Source of the DNA: Lentisphaerota bacterium
GTDB lineage: Bacteria > Verrucomicrobiota > Kiritimatiellia > CAIQIC01 > JAGNIJ01
Direction: 5' to 3'
Length of the DNA stretch: 64,000 nucleotides
Assembly: GCA_052033915.1 (NCBI GenBank)
Contig: JBPOJF010000006.1
Span: 275,544-339,543, forward strand
Part shown: positions 56,822-64,000 of the stretch, piece after piece
Position numbering within the stretch: the first letter of the stretch is position 1
Layout: every line of letters begins with the position of its first letter
The notes under the pieces: generated by a model
What the model was told of the DNA's origin: nothing
Databases searched by the model: none
The model's input: only the letters and a program-made list of their open reading frames with translations
Program-made: the position numbers and the translations under genes

Positions 56822-57802
56822 TTACGGCACGCCCAGCAACCGCTTCACGGCATCGGTCAGTTCCGCGCCCTTCAAATTGCGGCCAATGACCTGGCCGTTT
56901 TGATCCAGGAGGAAGCTCGTTGCCTCGCCGAAGACGCCCAGCTTCCGCAGAAGCGCCGGGTCGGGGGTCGCCTGCGGCCAGCTCATTCGATAGGCCCGTT
57001 GGAAATCCTTCGAATCCGCGCCGGCCAGGTTGAATCCGACGATCTCAAAACCGTGGGCCTTGTAGCTCCGGTACAGTTCCACCAGGTTGGGCAATTCGCG
57101 CTTCCACGGCTCCCATGTCGGAAGCCAGAAATCCACAAGAACCACCTTGCCCCGCAAATCGGACAAGCGTAACGCCGACCCGTCCGCCTGCGTCGTTTGG
57201 AAATCGGGGAACGAGGCCCCGGCCGCCGAGCGGGCGCGTGTGCGGTACATCTCCATCGCCGTGACCGATAACGAACTGTCGCCCCGATCGCCGGGTCTCA
57301 CGATCGTCAACGGAACATCGCGGCCCTGTCCGCCCCAGTACCGGTACGACTGGGGGTCATAGAGGGGACTCGCCTTGTAATCCTTGATCAGATTTCCGAT
57401 GGCCGCCTCGTCGCCCATTTTCGAATAGACTTCCGCGGACCTGACATACGCCTTGCGCAGGGCCGGAACCGCCTGCTGTCGGTAACGGCGGATGATCTCC
57501 TGCAGGATCGAGATCGCCTTGTTCTGGTCATTCAGCATGTCGCTGTAAACCATCGCTTTGATCACGTTGACTTCCACCACGCTGTCCCAATCGCGATCCG
57601 CCTGGGCCCGGTTTTCCGCGCTTTCGATCCGGCTGAAAAGCTCCGTCCATTCCGCGTCCGTATGATACCCGTGCCCCATGGCCTGCATCTTGCTGAGCAG
57701 CGCCTTCGTCTCGGCAGAGTAAACCCCGCCCTGCGCGAAGGCGGCAAGGGAACACGCGCACAGCAAGGAAACAAAAAGATATATTGTTCGAATCGTTTTC
57801 AT
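56822..57802 (-). CDS. Secreted TlpA/ResA-like thioredoxin-fold protein with a degenerate active site (CxxC replaced by WEPW)
   Basis: Signal peptide. The C-terminal thioredoxin fold reads GKVVLVDFWLPTWEPWKRELPNL...GFEIVGFNL, which aligns to FWASWCGPCR of TlpA. Both Cys are Trp here. Confidence 0.65.
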   Translation of the reverse strand: MKTIRTIYLFVSLLCACSLAAFAQGGVYSAETKALLSKMQAMGHGYHTDAEWTELFSRIESAENRAQADRDWDSVVEVNVIKAMVYSDMLNDQNKAISILQEIIRRYRQQAVPALRKAYVRSAEVYSKMGDEAAIGNLIKDYKASPLYDPQSYRYWGGQGRDVPLTIVRPGDRGDSSLSVTAMEMYRTRARSAAGASFPDFQTTQADGSALRLSDLRGKVVLVDFWLPTWEPWKRELPNLVELYRSYKAHGFEIVGFNLAGADSKDFQRAYRMSWPQATPDPALLRKLGVFGEATSFLLDQNGQVIGRNLKGAELTDAVKRLLGVP

Positions 57803-57962
57803 TCGGAACCTTCCATTGCCTCATACGTTACAACAACAGCCGCAGGAAATGAAGCAGGATTCGGAGCGCCAAACAACACACGAAAACCGCGAAGAAAACC
57901 CTCCGGAAACTCGCCGCCGCCGTCCTCATCCATCGCGGCGCGCGCGGCGAAGGGACGTCGGC

Positions 57963-58532
57963 CTACCAATTCTGACCGTAGCCGAAACCGAGGGTCCAGT
58001 AATCGCCGACCGCCTCGACGGCGCTCCAGGTCCGGCGCGCGTACACCTCGAAGAAATGGAAACCGCCGGACAGCGACACCCTCACCCCGCCCTCCACATG
58101 CCCCGCCCAGGTTGACTCGACGCGCTCCTCCTCCCGAAGCTTGTTCCGGTCCTCCTCATCGCTGTCAAACAGGTAATTGTAACTGGCGCCGGCGCCCGCG
58201 TACGGAGCGAACCGCCTGTGCGGCATGATCCGAAGAATCATCCCCACCCCGCCGAACGTGGAGTCGATCCGGTCGTGCCGCAACGTGTTCAGGAAGAACT
58301 GGCCGATGACCGGCGTGTTGACGAGCCAGGTCGCGTCCTCGAAGCCGATTCCGTAAACGCCGTCCTGCGGACTCCCCTGGACGCTGAAGCTCATCCCGCC
58401 GGGCGCCTCGTAATCCTTGACATCGTAGGCGAACCCGCGCAACGACGCCAGGCCGACCGCCAGCATAAGCAGGATGAATCGGCTCGCCTGGGAAGATCCG
58501 CCACTCATGATCCACGACCGAATATGATTCAC
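57963..58532 (-). CDS. Small outer-membrane beta-barrel protein (OmpW/porin-like)
   Basis: Signal peptide, alternating amphipathic beta-strands, and a C-terminal aromatic (GFGYGQNW). Confidence 0.55.
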   Translation of the reverse strand: MNHIRSWIMSGGSSQASRFILLMLAVGLASLRGFAYDVKDYEAPGGMSFSVQGSPQDGVYGIGFEDATWLVNTPVIGQFFLNTLRHDRIDSTFGGVGMILRIMPHRRFAPYAGAGASYNYLFDSDEEDRNKLREEERVESTWAGHVEGGVRVSLSGGFHFFEVYARRTWSAVEAVGDYWTLGFGYGQNW

Positions 58533-58857
58533 ACCCGGCCCATCGAAAAGCCTTTTTACGCTCCATCCCCCTTGCGTTCAGCCTGATTATAATGATGCAG
58601 CACTGCTTGCATTCAAACGACAGACAGGTATTCTGCCGACGCTCGCGGAATAAGACCGGGTATTTACAATCTTTTGCGAAGCAATAAGATACAATCATGC
58701 AGGACGTTTTTTGATGGATTTTGCGCGCGTACGGCTCAACGACAGCGGACGATCCGGCAGGGCGGAAGGCGGGGATTTTTTCGCGCCCCGCTTGGAAAAG
58801 CAATCGCAGGGGCGGACTGCGAATGCTAAATAGAGCCATTCAGAGGAGAAACGGAAC

Positions 58858-61035
58858 ATGACGATCGCAAGACATGACGCCATCATGGCGGTGACCAACT
58901 ACAAGCCGTTCGAGAAGCCGCTGAATTTCTCGAAGACCCCGTCGAACAAACTTTTCGGCGCGAACGTCTTCAGCGACGCGGTGATGAAGAAGCGTCTGCC
59001 GGAGAAGGTGTACAAGGCGGTCCGGAAGACAATCGACCGCGGCGCGAAACTGGACGTCTCCGTCGCGGACATCGTCGCCAAGGCGATGCGCGACTGGGCC
59101 ATCGAGAAGGGCGCGACGCACTACGCGCACGTTTTCTACCCGCTGACCGGCCTGACCGCCGAGAAGCACGACAGCTTCCTCGATCCCGACGGGAAGGACG
59201 GCATGATCGCCGCGTTCTCCGGCAAGCAACTGATTCAGGGCGAGCCGGATGCCTCCAGCTTCCCCTCCGGCGGCATTCGCGCCACGTTCGAGGCGCGGGG
59301 CTACACCGCCTGGGACGTGACCAGCCCGGCGTACATCCTGGAGAACCCGAACGGAACGACGCTCTGCATCCCGACCGCGTTCTGCTCGTGGACGGGCGAG
59401 GCGCTGGACAAGAAAGTTCCCCTGCTCCGCTCGATGCAGGCCCTCAACGAACAGGCGCAGAGGATCCTGGCGCTGTTCGGGCACAAGAACCCCGGGCTCA
59501 TCCATTCCACGGCGGGCTGCGAGCAGGAGTATTTCCTGATCGACCGGAACTTCTTCTTCGCGCGGCCGGACCTGATCAACGCGGGCCGCACCCTCTTCGG
59601 CGCCAAGCCGCCCAAGGGCCAGGAGATGGAAGACCAGTACTTCGGCGCCATCCCCGAGCGCGTGCTGGCCTGCATGCTCGAGGTGGAACGCGAGCTCTAC
59701 AAGCTGGGCGTGCCGGTCAAGACGCGCCACAACGAGGTCGCTCCGGCGCAGTACGAACTCGCGCCCGTGTTCGAGACCTCGAACCTGGCGACGGACCACC
59801 AGTACCTGACGATGATCATGCTGCAGCGCGTGGCCCAGAAGTACGGCATGACCTGCCTGCTCCACGAGAAACCGTTCGCCGGCATCAACGGGTCCGGCAA
59901 ACACCTGAACTGGTCCCTCGGCACGAGCACGCAGAACCTGCTGTCGCCCGGCAAGACCCCGCACAGCAACGCGCAGTTCCTCGTGTTCTGCGCCGCCGTC
60001 ATCCGCGCCGTCCACATGAACGCGATTCTCCTGCGCGGCGCCGTCGCCCACGCGGGCAACGACCACCGGCTCGGCGCGAACGAAGCGCCCCCGACCATCA
60101 TCTCGATCTACCTCGGCGACCCGCTCACGGACATCTTCGAGCAGATCGCCGGAGGCAGCGCGAAGAACGCCAAGAAGCAGCCCGGCGTGCTGTCGGTCGG
60201 CGTGGACACCCTTCCGCCCCTGCCGAAGGACGCGGGCGACCGCAACCGCACGAGCCCGTTTGCCTTCACCGGGAACAAGTTCGAGTTCCGCGCGGTCGGC
60301 TCCAGCCAGTCCGTCGCCGGTCCGCTCGTGATCCTGAACACGATCGTCGCCGAGTCGCTCGACTACATCGCCACGGAGCTCGAATCCAGGACGAAGGGCG
60401 ACCGGAAGAAACTGAACGGCGCCATCCAGGAAGTGCTCCGGCAGATCATGAAGGAGCACGGCTCGATCATCTTCAACGGCGACAACTACACCGAGGCCTG
60501 GCAGCAGGAAGCCGCGAAGCGCGGCCTGCCCAACCTGCGCAACACGGTCGACGCCGTCGCCGCGATGGACAGGCCGCAGTTTGCCAAACTCATGGCGAAG
60601 TACAACGTCCTGTCGGAGCGCGAATTCAAGAGCCGCAACGAGATCTACCTGGAGCGCTATGTGAAGGAAATCGCCATCGAGAGCAAGCTCACCTTCCGCA
60701 TCGCGAAGACGATGATCTTCCCCGCGGCGCTCGACTACCAGATCAAGCTGGTCACGTCATCCGTCCGCCTGAAGTCCATGGGCAAGGAGCACTGCACATC
60801 GGTACTCGATGAACTCAACGATCACATGGCCCGGTTGCAGAACGAGATGGCCCATCTGGATTCAACCATCCATCACGAGCATACAGGCAGCGTCCTCGAC
60901 CACGCGAAGTACATGCGCGACACGGTCCTCCCGGCCATGCGCGCCGTGCGCGAGACGTGCGACAAGCTCGAGGGCATCGTGTCCGACGAACTGTGGCCGC
61001 TCCCGACGTACCAGGAAATCCTCTTCATCAAATAA
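58858..61035 (+). CDS. Glutamine synthetase type III (GSIII)
   Basis: 725 aa with GSIII-specific N-terminal region and the GS catalytic core ([41 protein letters not shown]). Confidence 0.85.
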   Translation: MTIARHDAIMAVTNYKPFEKPLNFSKTPSNKLFGANVFSDAVMKKRLPEKVYKAVRKTIDRGAKLDVSVADIVAKAMRDWAIEKGATHYAHVFYPLTGLTAEKHDSFLDPDGKDGMIAAFSGKQLIQGEPDASSFPSGGIRATFEARGYTAWDVTSPAYILENPNGTTLCIPTAFCSWTGEALDKKVPLLRSMQALNEQAQRILALFGHKNPGLIHSTAGCEQEYFLIDRNFFFARPDLINAGRTLFGAKPPKGQEMEDQYFGAIPERVLACMLEVERELYKLGVPVKTRHNEVAPAQYELAPVFETSNLATDHQYLTMIMLQRVAQKYGMTCLLHEKPFAGINGSGKHLNWSLGTSTQNLLSPGKTPHSNAQFLVFCAAVIRAVHMNAILLRGAVAHAGNDHRLGANEAPPTIISIYLGDPLTDIFEQIAGGSAKNAKKQPGVLSVGVDTLPPLPKDAGDRNRTSPFAFTGNKFEFRAVGSSQSVAGPLVILNTIVAESLDYIATELESRTKGDRKKLNGAIQEVLRQIMKEHGSIIFNGDNYTEAWQQEAAKRGLPNLRNTVDAVAAMDRPQFAKLMAKYNVLSEREFKSRNEIYLERYVKEIAIESKLTFRIAKTMIFPAALDYQIKLVTSSVRLKSMGKEHCTSVLDELNDHMARLQNEMAHLDSTIHHEHTGSVLDHAKYMRDTVLPAMRAVRETCDKLEGIVSDELWPLPTYQEILFIK

Positions 61036-61185
61036 CACCCGCAAACCCAAGAGGAAAGACGGCGGGAAAGCCGAATGACGGATGCCTGATGAATGGCCGG
61101 GCATTCGACAATTCGACCCTCATGAGTCATTCATGGGCCCAATTACCCCATTGTCCTGCCCCTGCCGCCATGTTACATTTTTGTC

Positions 61186-63162
61186 ATGCAAGACACCGTT
61201 GTAGCGCTGGTCCAAGCCAATACGACTGTGGGGGCGTTGAAGGGCAACGCGGAAAAGATCGTGGGCATGGCGCGCGATGCGGCCAGGGCCGGCGCCTCGA
61301 TCATCGTCTTTCCCGAACTGGCCCTTTCCGGCTATCCTCCGGAAGACTTGGTCCTGAAGAAGCATTTTTTGAACGACTGCATGGAATCCCTCGAGCGGCT
61401 CGCGGGCGAGGTTCCGAAGGACCGGGCGGTCATCGTCGGCGCGCCCCGCTTCGTTGACGGAAAGGCATTCAACGCGGCGGCGATCTTCCACGGCGGAAAG
61501 CGTGTCGCGTTCTACCGCAAGATCGCGCTGCCGAACGACCGCGTGTTCGACGAGAAGCGCGTCTTCGCGCCCGGCGACAAGGCCCTCGTCCTCAACCTCG
61601 GCGGCGCGCGCATCGGAATCCACATCTGCGAGGACTCCTGGATGCCGCCCGAAACGCCGCGCGCCGCGCTCGCGCCGATGGCGTTGGACGCGGTCGTCAA
61701 CCTCTCCGCGTCGCCGTATCATCGCGGCCGGCTCGGCCGGCGAGAAGACGCGCTGGCGCGGACAGCGGCGCTCGTGAAGGCCCCCCTGCTCTGCTGCAAT
61801 CTCGTCGGCGGCCAGGACGAATTGGTCTTTGACGGCGCCAGTTTCGCCGTCGGGCCGGACGGGAACCTGCTGGCGCGCGCCCGGCGGTTCGAGGAGGAAA
61901 TTCTGTACGTCAAGCTGCCCGTCGGCAGGTCGGAAGCCGGCCGCAACGAACCGAGGCCCGCCGACGTCGAAGTCGCGGATCTTCCAACCCTTGGAAAAAA
62001 TCCGCCTGAAATTTCCAACCCTTGGAAACCTTCCGTCGCGCCGGTTTTGGACGACCCGGCCGAGGTGTACTCGGCGCTCAAACTGGGCCTGCGGGACTAC
62101 GTCATTAAAAACGGGTTCCGCAAGGTGGTCGTTGCGCTCAGCGGCGGCCTGGATTCCGCCTTGGTCGCCGCGCTCGCGGCGGACGCATTGGGAAGCCGGC
62201 GCGTCGAAGGCGTCACGATGCCTTCCCAGTTCTCGTCCAAGGAGACGTTGAGCGACGCCGTGCTGACCGCGCGGCGCCTCGGCATCGACTGCAGGACCGT
62301 CCCGATCCGGAACCTGCAGGACACGTATCTGGCCGAACTCTCGCCCCTGTGGGCAGGCCGGGCGCCGGACATCACGGAGGAGAATCTCCAGGCGCGAATC
62401 CGCGGCAACATCGTCATGGCCCTCTCCAACAAGTTCGGCTGGCTGGTGCTGACCACGGGCAACAAGAGCGAGCTGGCCACGGGGTACTGCACGCTGTACG
62501 GCGACATGGCCGGGGGGTTCGCCGTGCTCAAGGATATTCCCAAGACCCTCGTGTTCGAACTCGCCCGGTGGCGCAATCGTCAATCGAAGTCGCCGATCAT
62601 TCCGCCCTCGACTATCGCGCGCCCTCCGTCGGCCGAACTGCGGCCGGACCAGAAGGACAGTGACTCGCTTCCGCCCTACGAACTGCTCGATCCGATTCTC
62701 GAGCGGTACATCGAGCGCGACTGGGGGCCAGAGGAAATCATCGCGGACGGGTTCGATCCCGCGGTCGTCCGGCGCGTGGTCCGGCTGGTGGACTGTAACG
62801 AATACAAGCGCCGGCAGAGCGCGCCGGGCATCACGATCACCCCCAAAGCCTTCGGACGGGACCGCCGTATGCCGATCACCAATCGGTACGGAGACCACCG
62901 CGCCGTCCTCGTCGCCGAGGACAACGTGATTCACCCCTGCCGCCTCCCGCCCACTTTACAGACGGCGGAGGCCGCCGGGTCCACACCCCGTGGCGACCTG
63001 AAAGGAATGGTCGATGCGTACGAACGCGACTTGATCCAGGATGCCCTCAAATCGTCCCGCGGGAATATCGCCGCCGCTGCACGCGCCCTCAGCACCACCC
63101 AGCGCATCCTCGGCTATAAGATCCGGAAGCTCAAAATCGATCCCAAGAAGCATTCTACATAA
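61186..63162 (+). CDS. nadE: Glutamine-dependent NAD+ synthetase (N-terminal CN-hydrolase domain + NAD synthetase domain) with an unusual approximately 90-aa C-terminal extension ending in a Fis-type (HTH_8) helix-turn-helix
   Basis: The nitrilase domain shows FPELALSGYPPEDL and ICEDSW. The synthetase domain shows VVALSGGLDSALVAAL, the P-loop SGGxDS, and ...ITNRYGD, the usual C-terminus. It then continues without a stop through HRAVLVAEDN...DAYERDLIQDALKSSRGNIAAAARALSTTQRILGYKIRKLKIDPKK. Confidence 0.8.
   Translation: MQDTVVALVQANTTVGALKGNAEKIVGMARDAARAGASIIVFPELALSGYPPEDLVLKKHFLNDCMESLERLAGEVPKDRAVIVGAPRFVDGKAFNAAAIFHGGKRVAFYRKIALPNDRVFDEKRVFAPGDKALVLNLGGARIGIHICEDSWMPPETPRAALAPMALDAVVNLSASPYHRGRLGRREDALARTAALVKAPLLCCNLVGGQDELVFDGASFAVGPDGNLLARARRFEEEILYVKLPVGRSEAGRNEPRPADVEVADLPTLGKNPPEISNPWKPSVAPVLDDPAEVYSALKLGLRDYVIKNGFRKVVVALSGGLDSALVAALAADALGSRRVEGVTMPSQFSSKETLSDAVLTARRLGIDCRTVPIRNLQDTYLAELSPLWAGRAPDITEENLQARIRGNIVMALSNKFGWLVLTTGNKSELATGYCTLYGDMAGGFAVLKDIPKTLVFELARWRNRQSKSPIIPPSTIARPPSAELRPDQKDSDSLPPYELLDPILERYIERDWGPEEIIADGFDPAVVRRVVRLVDCNEYKRRQSAPGITITPKAFGRDRRMPITNRYGDHRAVLVAEDNVIHPCRLPPTLQTAEAAGSTPRGDLKGMVDAYERDLIQDALKSSRGNIAAAARALSTTQRILGYKIRKLKIDPKKHST
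61982..62027. repeat. Two identical 15-bp palindromes TTCCAACCCTTGGAA (61982-61996 and 62013-62027), 31 bp apart, embedded in frame in the inter-domain linker of nadE
   Basis: Read directly. They encode LPTLGK and ISNPWKP in different codon phases. The same motif pair recurs at 21726-21771. Confidence 0.6.
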
Positions 63163-63286
63163 TGTTTGTTGTTCGGTCCGGACATGAAAAGCTCGATCAG
63201 AGGCCGATCTTCTTGACGGACGCTAATTATTCCCTAACATAACGGCCACATGGAACGCGAGCGCGTTCCCGCAGGAGGAAAAAGAG

Positions 63287-64000
63287 ATGATGAGAGCAAG
63301 CAAGATGATGATAGCGGTTCTGTGCATAGCCTCTTTGTTGCCGGCCACTCTTCAGGCGGCGGAGGCAAACCTGGATTTGTCCGTAAACTCCGCGTACATC
63401 TGGCGCGGCCAGGTTTTGAACGATGAACCCGTGTTCCAGCCTACCGTCACGGTGTCGGCGGAAAACGGGCTTTCATTCGAGACGTGGGCGAACTGGAACC
63501 TGACCGACAGCCTGGGCAAATCCACCGAGCACGATTTCAACGAAATCGATCTCACGGTGAGCTACGATATCCCGGTGGAAGTCGTGGACGTGACGGTAGG
63601 CGTGTCCGAGTACGCTTTTCCGAACCAGACCGAGCCCAGCACGCGCGAGTTCTTCATGACGGTCGGAAAGGCAGACTTCCCGCTCTCGCCGAGCGCCTCC
63701 GTGTACTATGACTTCGAGGAAGTGGACGGATTCTACGGGACGGCTTCGATCGCTCACAGCATTGAGGCGACCAAGAAACTGACCCTCGACGCCAGCCTCT
63801 CCATCGGTATCGGCGACAGCGACTACAACAACTACTACTTCGGCATCGACGACGTCGCCCTGAACGACGGAAACGCCATGATGGGCGTTACCTACGCGTT
63901 CAACGAGTCCCTCACGGTCAGCGGCTTCGCGATGTATACGGTCCTGCTGGATTCCGACATCCGCGACGCCGCGAGCGAGAGCGACGCCTACTTCAAGAAG
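63287..64000 (+). CDS. Outer-membrane beta-barrel protein of the Gcw_chp (TIGR02001-like) family, partial (runs off the window)
   Basis: A GGAGG ribosome-binding site and a signal peptide (MMRASKMMIAVLCIASLLPATLQAA) are followed by LDLSVNSAYIWRGQVLNDEPVFQPTVTVSAENGLSFETWANW...NEIDLTVSYD. That matches the family's N-terminal pattern from memory. Confidence 0.6.
   Translation, partial: MMRASKMMIAVLCIASLLPATLQAAEANLDLSVNSAYIWRGQVLNDEPVFQPTVTVSAENGLSFETWANWNLTDSLGKSTEHDFNEIDLTVSYDIPVEVVDVTVGVSEYAFPNQTEPSTREFFMTVGKADFPLSPSASVYYDFEEVDGFYGTASIAHSIEATKKLTLDASLSIGIGDSDYNNYYFGIDDVALNDGNAMMGVTYAFNESLTVSGFAMYTVLLDSDIRDAASESDAYFKK

Noticed and set aside
58630-58650. TGCAGCACTGCTTGCA as a sigma54 promoter for GSIII
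   Set aside because: The -24 element is GC, not GG, and the flanks deviate from TGGCAC-N5-TTGCA. It is kept only as a weak possibility inside the long-leader finding.
58840-62934. 539-aa and 604-aa minus-strand ORFs
   Set aside because: They are antisense to the GSIII and nadE genes.

Overview
This is a 64 kb, high-GC, gene-dense bacterial chromosomal segment, mostly housekeeping, with genes on both strands. I saw no rRNA, tRNA, CRISPR array, transposase or integrase.

Housekeeping clusters:
- A partial dcw division cluster on the minus strand: murG, murC, ddl, ftsQ, ftsA, ftsZ. murB is absent.
- A complete mreB-mreC-mreD-mrdA(PBP2)-rodA-rng operon.
- A classic yceD-rpmF-plsX-fabH-fabD-fabG-acpP-fabF lipid-synthesis cluster.
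- coaD and rsmD, purC, fmt, a type III glutamine synthetase, and a glutamine-dependent NAD synthetase (nadE).

Accessory content:
- A cell-surface glycan locus with three SDR-family (NAD-dependent epimerase/dehydratase/reductase) enzymes, a GHMP sugar kinase, a sugar-1-phosphate nucleotidyltransferase, GT4 and GT2 transferases, and two large GT-C-type membrane transferases. It is consistent with a GDP-6-deoxyheptose-type pathway.
- A PEP-CTERM / lamin-tail-domain surface protein.
- A large DUF2961 (GH172)-like lipoprotein.
- A TPR + LysM lipoprotein.
- A DUF134 / NifX-like / peroxiredoxin trio.

The most interesting content is a Ras-like polarity GTPase module. mglA and mglB (4711..5849) are flanked by a membrane protein with a cytoplasmic DUF4388 (PATAN-like) domain and by a 742-aa proline-rich scaffold ending in a ComEA-like HhH plus a second Roadblock/LC7 domain. 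A second DUF4388 protein, fused to a response-regulator receiver, lies at 54581..55819.

Several non-coding signals also stand out:
- A 15-bp palindrome TTCCAA-N3-TTGGAA occurs as phased pairs (31 bp apart) at two loci, one of them inside the inter-domain linker of nadE.
- nadE carries an unexpected C-terminal Fis-type HTH extension.
- A conserved approximately 20-nt motif (ATCGTCCTCGATCTCGTCG) lies directly downstream of three unrelated stop codons.
- A 16-nt inverted repeat flanks a thioredoxin-fold gene whose CxxC motif has become WxxW.

Taxon cannot be determined from the sequence alone. The combination of PEP-CTERM, GSIII and FtsZ is compatible with a Verrucomicrobia- or Kiritimatiellae-like member of the PVC superphylum, but this is inference only.
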